From contig JANWIN010000011.1 of assembly GCA_025449905.1 (NCBI GenBank), forward strand, positions 724-64,723: a stretch of DNA of 64,000 nt, read 5' to 3'. A program made the position numbers and the translations under genes. The DNA is from Candidatus Saccharimonadales bacterium. GTDB lineage: Bacteria; Patescibacteriota; Saccharimonadia; Saccharimonadales; JANWIN01. Positions 38,544 through 47,904 of the stretch are shown piece after piece; within the stretch, counting starts at the first letter, position 1, and every line of letters starts with the position of its first letter. The notes under the pieces are model-generated. The model made no database searches, was not told the origin of the DNA, and saw nothing but the letters and a program-made list of their open reading frames with translations.

Positions 38544-39107
38544 TTATAGTTTTCGCAGAAGGTAAAAACGTTCTAAGTTGCCTTTATTGCCCGGAACTGT
38601 CGAGTCGGTTTTGGCCTTAATAACAAAGTGTTTTTTAGCCCATGTTTCAAAATCTTTGAGAATTTGTCGGCGAATACGCTCGTTTTTAATAATTCCTCTT
38701 TGCTTCTGATCAGTTAATGCTTCAAATTGCGGCTTAACCATTGCAACAACTTCTGTTTGGGACCCAAAAAACTTATTTATTCCAGCCAAGACCCGCCTTA
38801 TAGATATAAAAGAAGTATCTATTAATATGTAGTCAATCTTTTGGTCGGTAGAAAAGTCAAAAATGTCGGTTTGTTCATGAAGTTCTATTTTAGAGTTTTT
38901 GTGCAGGCTCGAATGCAGCTGATTTTTACCTTTTTCTACGGCTATAACTTTTTTTGCCTCGTTTTGAAGAGCAAAATCCGTAAAACCGCCTGTTGATGAA
39001 CCAATATCTAAGATGACCTTGTTTTTAAAGTCCAGCTTAAGAGCCAAAGTGACTGAAGCCAACTTGTCGCCGCCGCGAGATACGTAGGCTTTACTTTTGT
39101 CGTTCAC
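38544..39107 (-). CDS. tlyA: TlyA-family rRNA methyltransferase (no S4 domain)
   Basis: YVSRGGDKL, LDIGSSTGGFTD, DTSFIS, VKPQFE, GNKGNLE. Confidence 0.9.
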   Translation of the reverse strand: MNDKSKAYVSRGGDKLASVTLALKLDFKNKVILDIGSSTGGFTDFALQNEAKKVIAVEKGKNQLHSSLHKNSKIELHEQTDIFDFSTDQKIDYILIDTSFISIRRVLAGINKFFGSQTEVVAMVKPQFEALTDQKQRGIIKNERIRRQILKDFETWAKKHFVIKAKTDSTVPGNKGNLERFYLLRKL

Positions 39108-39651
39108 GATAGGCTCCAGTTGCAGTATCTACACTGACAATATCGCCCGATTTAATAAAGGCTGGTACTTTTATGGTTATGCCGGTTTCCAGCACAGCGC
39201 TTTTAGTAATAGATGAACTGGTGTCACCTTTAACAGCGTCTTCGGTGTAAGTAACCTTGAGCGGTAGATTTTTAGGCAGTTCAATATTAATGATACGTCC
39301 GCCAAAAAGTTGGGCCAAAACCTGGTCGCCGTCTTTCATAAAACCACCCCGCTCGCCAATTATCTTTTTACCTAGCTCAAACTGCTCATAGGTTCTAGAG
39401 TCCATAAAAAAGTATGAGTCGTTGTCTTTATATAAGTATTGAACATCAATATTAGTAATATCAGCAGGCTCAATCTGTTCGTTGCCCTTAAAAGTTTTTT
39501 CCAGCACTCGTCCGTCAAGCAAACTCTTTATGCGGACGTTAACAATACTGCCGCCGCGGCCCATAACTTTTTGCGAGTAATCAACAACTTTATAAGGAAC
39601 ATTTTCCAGTTGAAAAATTGTTCCCTTTTTAAGATCGGTTATGTTTAGCAT
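39091..39651 (-). CDS. efp: elongation factor P
   Basis: DLKKG, QYLY, FMD..TYEQ, KGDT, LETG..VPAFI. Confidence 0.95.
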   Translation of the reverse strand: MLNITDLKKGTIFQLENVPYKVVDYSQKVMGRGGSIVNVRIKSLLDGRVLEKTFKGNEQIEPADITNIDVQYLYKDNDSYFFMDSRTYEQFELGKKIIGERGGFMKDGDQVLAQLFGGRIINIELPKNLPLKVTYTEDAVKGDTSSSITKSAVLETGITIKVPAFIKSGDIVSVDTATGAYRERQK

Positions 39652-40059
39652 CTATATGCCTTGATCCTCTAAAACTTTGCTCTTTAAATCTTCAATATCA
39701 GTATATTCAAAGTTATGATCTGCCATGTTTGGTATATATGTATTTTCGACCCCTCTGCGTTTAGCAACAACTGTTTTTAAGCCCTTAGCTGCACAGTAAC
39801 CAACTTCCATAAGCATGCCTTCGCTTTTTTCTTCACCGTCAATTATTACAAACAGTCCGCCCATTTTCTCAATTTTCTCAAAAGCATGCTCCATAATCCG
39901 TCGAGGTTTGTGTCCAGCTGATTTGAATTCTTCTTCTTGAAAATATGTACAATATACTTCTTCACCGCGCTCGCGAAGACTTTCACATACAGCGGGTAAC
40001 AAGTCACCTAAACGTCCTGGATCAGCTCCAGTGTGTCGATAAGCAACAAAGTAACCCAT
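39652..40059 (-). CDS. nucleoside 2-deoxyribosyltransferase-like protein
   Basis: KSEGMLMEVGYCAAKG matches S.G...E.GyA.a.gK. Confidence 0.65.
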   Translation of the reverse strand: MGYFVAYRHTGADPGRLGDLLPAVCESLRERGEEVYCTYFQEEEFKSAGHKPRRIMEHAFEKIEKMGGLFVIIDGEEKSEGMLMEVGYCAAKGLKTVVAKRRGVENTYIPNMADHNFEYTDIEDLKSKVLEDQGI

Positions 40060-40066
40060 GGTTTTC

Positions 40067-40270
40067 CTAACCGTTCGCTACAAAAGGCAGCAACGCAATG
40101 TGTCTAGCGCGCTTGATAGCTTTAGCCAAATGCTTTTGCTGGCTTTCGGTTAAGCCGGTCTTTTTGCGCGGTTCAATTTGTCCATAAACGTTGATATAGC
40201 GCTGTAAGTTCTTAAAGTCTTTGTAGTCAAAGAATGGTACGTCAACTTTGTGCTTAAAAATCTTTGCCAT
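40067..40270 (-). CDS. rpsR: 30S ribosomal protein S18
   Basis: DYKD, GQIEPRKKTG, AIKRARHIALLPF. Confidence 0.95.
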   Translation of the reverse strand: MAKIFKHKVDVPFFDYKDFKNLQRYINVYGQIEPRKKTGLTESQQKHLAKAIKRARHIALLPFVANG

Positions 40271-40279
40271 ATTTACTCC

Positions 40280-40756
40280 TTAAAACGGGATGTCATCCAG
40301 GTTAATAGGTTCATCACCGATATCTTCAATTTTAATATCATCCTTTTTAGCTGTCTTAGTCGCTTTTGGCTTCTCATCAGCAGGTCTTTTGTCCATTGAG
40401 TCACTCCTATCACCGCCACCAGTTCCACGACTGTCCAAGAAGGTTACATCGTTAGCTAAAACTTCAACCTTTGTTCGTTTATTGCCATCCTGTTCCCAGC
40501 TACGGCTTTGCAAGCGGCCTTGGACTAGACAGCGCCGGCCCTTGGTTAGGTACTGGGCTACTCTTTCGCCCAAAGGACCCCACGCTACGATATCAATGTA
40601 GTCGGTGACTTCTTTCCACTCATCATCCGAGCCCTTATAGCTGCGATTTAACGCCAAACTAAAGCCGCAAACGCTTTGCCCGGTCGGCGTTTGCCGCAGT
40701 TCTGGGTCCCTAGTGAGATTCCCCATTAAAAACACTTGGTTAAGAGATCTGGCCAT
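40280..40756 (-). CDS. ssb: single-stranded DNA-binding protein
   Basis: LNQVFLMGNLTRDPELR; C-terminal DDIPF. Confidence 0.97.
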   Translation of the reverse strand: MARSLNQVFLMGNLTRDPELRQTPTGQSVCGFSLALNRSYKGSDDEWKEVTDYIDIVAWGPLGERVAQYLTKGRRCLVQGRLQSRSWEQDGNKRTKVEVLANDVTFLDSRGTGGGDRSDSMDKRPADEKPKATKTAKKDDIKIEDIGDEPINLDDIPF

Positions 40757-40839
40757 AACTCCTCCTTATAAGACATATGTCTTGAGTTATTTTATTAATG
40801 TATTTCCACATTACTCCGCCTATTGTTGGGCTGTCAAGT

Positions 40840-41211
40840 TTACGCATTTTCAGTTTCTGTCTGATCCTTTTCTTTGGCTTCACTTTCTTCTTGCTCGGCC
40901 TTGGCAGCCTTGGCTTTAGCCTCAGCTTTAGGGTCAATTTTGGTGATTAAAAAGCGGATTACTTCATCAGTAATATTAAATTCGTTTTCTATTGTCTGAG
41001 TATTTTCCGGCGCCATTTCTACCATATAGAACACATAAATAGCATGGTCCTGTCCATCAATTGGATAAGCCAGTTTGCGTTTCCCCCAGTTGTCGGTATT
41101 TTTAACTGTCACCGGCGTTTCTTTAAAGATTTTATCAACCTTATTGGTGGCTTTTTCCAGGTCTACTTCTAGACCAGGATCATATAAAACTGCAATTTCG
41201 TACTTGTTCAA
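40840..41211 (-). CDS. rpsF: 30S ribosomal protein S6
   Basis: YE, WGKRKLAYPI, VIRFL; TTG start with AAGGAG. Confidence 0.95.
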   Translation of the reverse strand: MNKYEIAVLYDPGLEVDLEKATNKVDKIFKETPVTVKNTDNWGKRKLAYPIDGQDHAIYVFYMVEMAPENTQTIENEFNITDEVIRFLITKIDPKAEAKAKAAKAEQEESEAKEKDQTETENA

Positions 41212-41388
41212 TCCTAACTCCTTCTTTTGGCCTCGGGCTGCCCGCTCAAAGTAGCAGCAACCTGAATTTGTTTTATGGGGTAATTATAGTAAATTTAGTC
41301 GTTTTTAGCAACTCTTTGACCTCTTTTATTGACAGTTAGCTTTAGAGGTGCCAAGATTAACATAAGCATAAAATCAAGGGGAGAATTT

Positions 41389-43059
41389 ATGGATAATGTA
41401 ATAAGGCCCGGACAACCTAATCAGCCGTCAGCTAATCCCACACCGCCATCGCCGCAACCAACTGAGCAACAGCCCCCTGCACCAACACCAACACCAGAAC
41501 CTGAAAAAAGAAAATTTGCCAAAAAACCCATTTTAATAATCCTCGCTGTAATTTTAATAATTGGCGGTGGTATTTTTGCCCTAACTCAAGCTAATAAAAA
41601 GACTCAGGCACCACCGGAAGTAGTTAAAAATGAGATCCCGCTAATAACTTACGGCACTGCTGATGGTGCCGTTGGCTCTATTTACCCGAGCATGCCGCTT
41701 TTTACTACAAATACCGAAATAAATTCGCAAATATTTGAGGGCCTGGTGCAATTTGAAAATGGAACAAAGATTACACCGCTTTTAGCTGCTAGTTGGACCA
41801 ATCCTGATGATACAACCTGGGTTTTTAACTTAAAACAGAACGTTAAATTCCACAGTGGCCGACCGATGACCGCTAAAGATGTTAAGTTTAGTCTAGAGGG
41901 CTTTAAAGATAATAAGGTTTGGAACGATGGTACTGGAAATATCTTCGGCTCAACCATAAAAAAGGTGGATGTTGTTAATGATTACCAGGTTAAGATAACC
42001 ACCCATGGCCCTGACCCGATTTTACTTAATCGCTTAGTCTTTCTTTATATTATAGATTCGCAGTCCAAAGAAAAAGACAGTCCCGTCAATGGTACTGGTG
42101 CCTACACCATTAAGCCCGACACCAAGCCAACCGATACCAAAACCGAGTTAGTGGCTTTTGACGGCTACCATGGCGGCCGGCCTTTAACCCGCGCCCTAGT
42201 ATTTCGCTTCTATGAGGACGATAAAGATAAATCGGGTGAAGAAAAGTTAACTGAAGCCCGCTTAAAAGGTCAGGTTTCTATTGCCGGCGATGTTTTTGAC
42301 CAAGCAAATGTTGATAAATTGAAGGTTGACTCGGCTAACTTACCAATCCAAGACATCGGGCTTTACAATTTAAGCCCAAATGTTAACAAAGCTGGTTCGC
42401 CACTTGCCAAATTAAAAGTTCGAGAAGCCGTTTATCATGCTATTGATGCTGATGCCCTAATTAAAGCCAGGAACGTATCTGGTCAGCCGGCTAATCAACT
42501 AGTAACCCAGGATATCCCGGGCTATAACCCGTTAATTAAGCGTCCTGAGACTGATGCGGAACATGCCAAAATGCTTTTAAAAGAGGCTGGTTATCCTAAC
42601 GGCGTTACCATAACCTTAAGTTACTTCAATGGCGCCCAAGATGCTGCCGATGAATTGGTTAAGCAACTAGCTAAGGCTGGTATTACCCTTAAACTAGATG
42701 GCTACGATGATACTGATATATTGGGTGAAAAGATATTAAATGGTGATTTAGCAATGGATTTTAACCATTACGCCACCGACACACTAGACGCTATGCAAGT
42801 TTTCGTTGATAACTTCCAAACTGCCAAATACAACAACCCGACAATAAACAAAGTAATCGCCAAGGCAAATACAACTTTGGACTCAGCAAAAAGATTAGAA
42901 TTACTCCAAACTATCTCTAAAATGCTAATGGACGATGTTGCATGGATACCGCTCTATTCATATACGACTTATTGGCTATATGACCCCTCCTATGTCATTA
43001 CTCAAGACTTGCCCGGTACAACTATCGGTGCTTACTATTGGAAGGTTTACGCCAAGTAA
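41389..43059 (+). CDS. family 5 solute-binding protein, TM-anchored
   Basis: IFEGLV, PLLAASW, VKFHSG..TAKDVKFS, GTGAY, VREAVYHAID, AKMLLKEAGY. ATG 41389 with GGGGAG RBS. Confidence 0.88.
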   Translation: MDNVIRPGQPNQPSANPTPPSPQPTEQQPPAPTPTPEPEKRKFAKKPILIILAVILIIGGGIFALTQANKKTQAPPEVVKNEIPLITYGTADGAVGSIYPSMPLFTTNTEINSQIFEGLVQFENGTKITPLLAASWTNPDDTTWVFNLKQNVKFHSGRPMTAKDVKFSLEGFKDNKVWNDGTGNIFGSTIKKVDVVNDYQVKITTHGPDPILLNRLVFLYIIDSQSKEKDSPVNGTGAYTIKPDTKPTDTKTELVAFDGYHGGRPLTRALVFRFYEDDKDKSGEEKLTEARLKGQVSIAGDVFDQANVDKLKVDSANLPIQDIGLYNLSPNVNKAGSPLAKLKVREAVYHAIDADALIKARNVSGQPANQLVTQDIPGYNPLIKRPETDAEHAKMLLKEAGYPNGVTITLSYFNGAQDAADELVKQLAKAGITLKLDGYDDTDILGEKILNGDLAMDFNHYATDTLDAMQVFVDNFQTAKYNNPTINKVIAKANTTLDSAKRLELLQTISKMLMDDVAWIPLYSYTTYWLYDPSYVITQDLPGTTIGAYYWKVYAK

Positions 43060-43068
43060 AATAGAAGC

Positions 43069-44535
43069 GTGAAACGGGTTGGGCTTAGAGCCAAATTTAT
43101 TCTTCTAATCCTAGCCGTTCTGATTATAATTTTTTCCATTATCTCGGTTGTCTTAATTCGTTTTACGACCGATAATCTGCGCCGTGATTTGACCAACCAG
43201 TCCAAAGCTTTCGCCTCATTAGCTACCGAACCAATCGGTAACGCTTATGTTTTATATAAAGATTCCGGTCGTATCCGCATTCTGCAACAAATTGAAAAGT
43301 TTACAGACCTTGATAAACACATTAGTAACGTCCAGGTCGTTGATAATTCCGGCAAAGTTTTGTTTGCCCAGCGTGATGGCGCTAGTGCCTCTTTATCCAG
43401 TTCTCAAGCCACCAGTTTCGAACCGATTTTTGAAAATAAAAACGGTACAATTTCACGAATTATCTCACCTTACCTAGAGGAGTTTGGCGGACATCGCTAT
43501 TCAGTTGTCTATGACATTTCGGCGCAAAGTATTGACGATGCCATTAGCCGAGAGACTATATATATTGCTGTGCTAACAGTTTTTGCCCTTCTAGTTACGG
43601 CCTTTTTGTTTTATCTGGCTATTAACCGCTACTTTCTGCAGCCCATGCAAAAGCTAAGCACTACTGCTCTATTGGTCAGTAAAGGTGATCTGGACAAAGA
43701 AATTAAAGTTGATCGTAATGACGAAATTTCGGATCTGGCTAAGTCGGTCAACACTATGGCCGATTCACTAAAAGCCGACATTAGTAAGTTAAAAGACGTT
43801 GATAAGCTCAAGACCGAATTTATGATGATTGCCTCCCATAATCTACGCACACCGCTAACCATAATTCAAGGTTATCTGGATACGATCAAACAGCTAAAAC
43901 TAGACGCTGAAGTTAGTAAGTTGATTGACGTAATTACTGCTAATAGTGAACGGCTGCATATTCTAGCTGAAGATATATTAACGATTTCGCAAATTGAGGC
44001 TAACGAGAAGTTGTCGCTTGACCCGCAGCCGGTTGACTTAACGGCTTTGGCCCGCTCTATTGGCAACGAGTTTACAGTCCTAGCTAAAGAAAAGGGTGTG
44101 ATTTTTAATCAGGACTTGCCAGAGCGGTCAGTCAATATTAAAGGCGCCAGTGCTCACATTAGAAGTGCTGTCTGGAATCTACTTGATAATGCCCTTAAAT
44201 TTAACCGCAAAGGTGGACAAGTGTCCTTAACTTTAATTACTGATAGTGATAGTGCCTCAATTACTGTCAAAGACACCGGCATTGGTATTGCGGCGGAGGA
44301 GATATCTAAGTTATTTACTAAGTTTCACCGCGGTACCAGCACGCTTAATTACGACTATGAGGGTGTTGGCATCGGCCTATACATCAGCCAGCTAATTATT
44401 AAACAGCACGGCGGTTTGATTACCGCTAATAGCACGCTGGGCGAAGGTAGTACTTTCGTAATAAAACTACCGCTAACTAGCGCTCAGGCTTCAGTCTCTG
44501 AGCCTTCATCACCGTCTACCGGTACTTCATCATAA
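43069..44535 (+). CDS. HAMP-domain sensor histidine kinase
   Basis: Two TMs, HAMP, H-box ASHNLRTPL, NLLDNALKF, DTGIGI, GIGLYI. Confidence 0.93.
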   Translation: MKRVGLRAKFILLILAVLIIIFSIISVVLIRFTTDNLRRDLTNQSKAFASLATEPIGNAYVLYKDSGRIRILQQIEKFTDLDKHISNVQVVDNSGKVLFAQRDGASASLSSSQATSFEPIFENKNGTISRIISPYLEEFGGHRYSVVYDISAQSIDDAISRETIYIAVLTVFALLVTAFLFYLAINRYFLQPMQKLSTTALLVSKGDLDKEIKVDRNDEISDLAKSVNTMADSLKADISKLKDVDKLKTEFMMIASHNLRTPLTIIQGYLDTIKQLKLDAEVSKLIDVITANSERLHILAEDILTISQIEANEKLSLDPQPVDLTALARSIGNEFTVLAKEKGVIFNQDLPERSVNIKGASAHIRSAVWNLLDNALKFNRKGGQVSLTLITDSDSASITVKDTGIGIAAEEISKLFTKFHRGTSTLNYDYEGVGIGLYISQLIIKQHGGLITANSTLGEGSTFVIKLPLTSAQASVSEPSSPSTGTSS

Positions 44536-46685
44536 ACGTCTTCTTGGACGTCTTGAGCCTGAGTCACTGGAGCCGGTTCGCTGCGGTTAAAGACTTCATC
44601 AACGCTATTCACTAAGACTTCTCGGGGTCTGGAGCCATCGGCCGGACCAACAATGCCCTGTTCTTCCATGGTTTCGACTAGCCTGGCGGCTTTACCATAA
44701 CCAATTCTAAGGCGCCGCTGCAGCAAACTAGTACTGGCCTTGCGGGCTTCGACGACGACGCGCACAGCGTCCTGAAAAATAGGCTCATCAGCATCATCAA
44801 CATCACCCAAAACATTGCTGCGACCGCCAATTTTGACCGGCTGGGTAATGATTTCATTGTCATAATCCGGCTCGCGCTGAGCCCGAATGAAGTCAGTAAC
44901 CTTACGAGTTTCGACGTCGCTAATTAACGCACCTTGGACACGTTTAGGCTTAGGCATTTCAGCAGTTTGCAGCAGCATATCACCTTGGTTGAGCAACTTT
45001 TCTGCACCCATCTGGTCAATAATTGTGCGCGAATCTACTTGACTGGCCGTGGTGAAAGCAATGCGGGCTGGAACGTTAGCTTTAATTAGTCCGGTAATTA
45101 CATTGACGCTAGGGCGCTGGGTGGCCAAAACCAAATGGATACCAACCGCTCGGGCCTTTTGGGCAATGCGTACAACCAGCGCTTCAACGTCGCGCGAAGA
45201 AATCATCATTAGTTCGGCTAACTCATCAATGACAATCACCACGTAGGGCATACCCTCTTCTTTTTTGAGTTGGTTGTACTCCTGAATGTTACGGCGATGA
45301 ACTTCACTCAAAGCTTTATAGCGGCGTTCCATCTCGGCGACTGTCCATTTAAGCGCGCTGATACACTTTTCCGGCTCGGTAATTACCGGTGTTAACAGAT
45401 GCGGGATGCCGTCATAAGGCTTAAGTTCTACCTGCTTTGGATCAACTAGTATTAGCTTTAGGTCACTGGGGCTATTTTTATATAAAAGACTGGTTAAAAT
45501 AGTGTTAATCATCACCGATTTACCAGAGCCGGTTTGACCGGCAATCAAAAGATGCGGCATCTTGTCCAGCTCGCCAATTATTGGACTACCGGAAATATCT
45601 TTACCAATGGCTACCGTCAGCGGACTTTTAGCATCTTGCCATTCGCTCGAGCCTAGGATTGAGCTAATCCTAACGGTTGCCGCCTTAACATTTGGCACTT
45701 CAATACCAACCAATTTTTTACCCGGAATTGGCGCCTCAATACGTATAGAATGAGCTGCTAAGTCAAGGGCTAAGTTGTTTTCCAGGGCGGTAATTTTTGT
45801 TAGTTTTACCCCTGTTGGCGGCTTCATGGTGTATTGGGTTACGCGCGGGCCGACATTGGCACCTTCCATGTCGACGTCTAAGTTAAAGTTAGTAAATGTT
45901 TCTTTAATGCTTTTAGCATTGCCTTCTATGTCGCCGGCATCGGCTTTATCCTGCTTCTGATCCAATAAATCAATGCCCGGAAACTTCCAATTTGGATCGC
46001 TGGCTACGGTTAGGGCCTCTTGGTTTTCACTGCCGGCCATTTTTTGAGCAGTTCCACGCAACGAACCTAACCTGGCAGCGCCATGTCGTTCAACTGGCAC
46101 ACCCTCGTTAAGGTGAAAGCCTTTTTGTTCTTTTAGGTCTTCAAGATCTGTATCTTCTTTGTTTTTAAATGGTTCAAATAGTTTTAGTAAGACTTTTGGC
46201 GATACACCAAATGTATAAAATAGTGCTAAAATTGCAAAAATAAAGAATAATAACCCTGTTGGCCATCTATCAAGAATATTTAGTGAAATTGAGGAAATTA
46301 CTCTGCCAACTTCACCGCCGTGACCTCCGCTATAGTTACCAGCCCCGTCTTTAGAAGCAAAAGCCACGTAAAACCAGCCTGAGGCAAAAACCACTGTAGC
46401 CGTCATGCCGATAAATTTATCCAAGGGTATTTTTTTATCTTCGCTAATAAACTTTAATACCCCTAAGTAGCCCAACGCCAATGGTGTTAAGTAGGCTGCC
46501 CAGCCAAAAGCCCAATAGGCGCCATCAAATAAGTGCTTTGGTAGTGAACCCCCTGTGCCAAAGCCGCCCAATAGCAGTAAAAACGCCAAAACCAGCATAC
46601 CAATACCGCCAACTAGCGGCCAAAAAGAGGATTGACTGGAGACATCAGTCTTTTTTTTCTTTGCAGTAGTTTTTCTTTTTGCCAT
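44484..46685 (-). CDS. ftsK: DNA translocase FtsK
   Basis: 4TM N-terminus, PHLLIAGQTGSGKS, IDELAELM, ATQRPS, gamma domain STSLLQRRLRIGY. Confidence 0.96.
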   Translation of the reverse strand: MAKRKTTAKKKKTDVSSQSSFWPLVGGIGMLVLAFLLLLGGFGTGGSLPKHLFDGAYWAFGWAAYLTPLALGYLGVLKFISEDKKIPLDKFIGMTATVVFASGWFYVAFASKDGAGNYSGGHGGEVGRVISSISLNILDRWPTGLLFFIFAILALFYTFGVSPKVLLKLFEPFKNKEDTDLEDLKEQKGFHLNEGVPVERHGAARLGSLRGTAQKMAGSENQEALTVASDPNWKFPGIDLLDQKQDKADAGDIEGNAKSIKETFTNFNLDVDMEGANVGPRVTQYTMKPPTGVKLTKITALENNLALDLAAHSIRIEAPIPGKKLVGIEVPNVKAATVRISSILGSSEWQDAKSPLTVAIGKDISGSPIIGELDKMPHLLIAGQTGSGKSVMINTILTSLLYKNSPSDLKLILVDPKQVELKPYDGIPHLLTPVITEPEKCISALKWTVAEMERRYKALSEVHRRNIQEYNQLKKEEGMPYVVIVIDELAELMMISSRDVEALVVRIAQKARAVGIHLVLATQRPSVNVITGLIKANVPARIAFTTASQVDSRTIIDQMGAEKLLNQGDMLLQTAEMPKPKRVQGALISDVETRKVTDFIRAQREPDYDNEIITQPVKIGGRSNVLGDVDDADEPIFQDAVRVVVEARKASTSLLQRRLRIGYGKAARLVETMEEQGIVGPADGSRPREVLVNSVDEVFNRSEPAPVTQAQDVQEDVYDEVPVDGDEGSETEA

Positions 46686-46713
46686 AACCGTTGATTATTA
46701 TATCAGTTTAATG

Positions 46714-46962
46714 CTATTCGTATGGGTCAAGGTTAAGGGCTTCTCTAAGGGTTTTTATTTGTCTATTCATATCTTTAACTTTTTCAAGGTGATCTTCAGA
46801 AATTTCACCACTCTCCTGTCTTTGGTTTACACCTGCGTCGAATAACTCTTCTCGCTTTACCAATAAATCAAGTAGTTCATCGCTCCCGTGAGCGGCTCGG
46901 ACAAGAGCTGGATTGTCGTAAAGCGGACTTCTTTCCGGCTGTTCCTCAGGAGATTCTGACAT
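46714..46962 (-). CDS. hypothetical protein
   Basis: 82 aa; TACAAT 6 nt before ATG. Confidence 0.6.
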   Translation of the reverse strand: MSESPEEQPERSPLYDNPALVRAAHGSDELLDLLVKREELFDAGVNQRQESGEISEDHLEKVKDMNRQIKTLREALNLDPYE

Positions 46963-47003
46963 AAATATATTGTAGCAGAATTTACATCACTTGTCAACTC
47001 AAG

Positions 47004-47627
47004 CTAGCTTCTTAATACACCGGCTTTATTAAATAGTGTAGCAATTAAACGAGCCTGGTTATCTTTCGGCCCATGTGCTTGATGCCATGTGGCAGGTTTA
47101 CCCTCCTTGTCTAACCCTTCTTCTCTAATAATTGTTAAATCACCAGGTTTAAGTTCCATAGTATGTTTTGGACCTACTAACTTAGTGGCATCATTGTTGC
47201 CAATTCCGGGCTCATACCAGTCAAAGTCTGCACGGCCCGTTAAAGACAAGACAAAACCTACTAATTCTGCAGTGTCAGTGTGTAATGGGCCCCAGTTGAC
47301 TTCCCCCGGTCCGTAAGCTCCAATTAAATCAAACCAATGTTGCCAGTCAGGAAAAATTTTCTGTGCTTGCTCTTCTATATAAAGAGCCACATTTTGCAAA
47401 GTTGGAGACTGATTTTGATTAAAGGCTACTGCTTCCCCAACTTTTTTGCCGGTACTTTTCTCCAGCTCTGTCACAATTTGCGTAGTTATCTCTGGGGGCA
47501 AAAAACTATGGATAATGTTCGCCCCTGATTCAATAGCTTCGGCAATATTTGGTCCAATATTTGGTAACTGTTCGGATAGCTGAGTAAACTCAGTTGTATT
47601 TGGCGATCTTGTGAGTGTTTCTACCAT
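47004..47627 (-). CDS. putative 2OG-Fe(II) oxygenase / cupin-fold protein
   Basis: LHTD..LSLTG..LKPGDL..WHQ..RL gives HxD...H...R. Confidence 0.6.
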   Translation of the reverse strand: MVETLTRSPNTTEFTQLSEQLPNIGPNIAEAIESGANIIHSFLPPEITTQIVTELEKSTGKKVGEAVAFNQNQSPTLQNVALYIEEQAQKIFPDWQHWFDLIGAYGPGEVNWGPLHTDTAELVGFVLSLTGRADFDWYEPGIGNNDATKLVGPKHTMELKPGDLTIIREEGLDKEGKPATWHQAHGPKDNQARLIATLFNKAGVLRS

Positions 47628-47695
47628 ATTTATTTTTAGCTAACAGAGATAATATTAACATAAATACTTAAACAAGTCAAGGCTTCCCTTCCTTC

Positions 47696-47901
47696 CAGGC
47701 TCTGGCAGTTCCTGATGAGTGAATGTCAAAAGCACATTTAGAATGAGGAGATGTTTGAGGAGTGATTAGCGAAGAGTTCTCCGAATATTGTGTCTTTTGA
47801 CTATGAAATCATAAAGTGCTGACAGTCGCCTGTCGTTTCTTTGCATACTTTCTTTCGCGACCAAAGAAAGTATGTCGATAAAAAGCTGAAGGCTTTATCG
47901 A
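47696..47901. repeat. structured intergenic element (long imperfect hairpin plus two short hairpins)
   Basis: caggc/gcctg, gtcaaaag/cttttgac, catactttctt/aagaaagtatg, tcgataaa/tttatcga. Confidence 0.5.
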
Positions 47902-47904
47902 AAA

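Noticed and set aside
47705..47832. Hammerhead ribozyme (CTGATGA 47712, GAAA 47805)
   Set aside because: No convincing stems I/III or UH cleavage site; the region folds better as one long hairpin.
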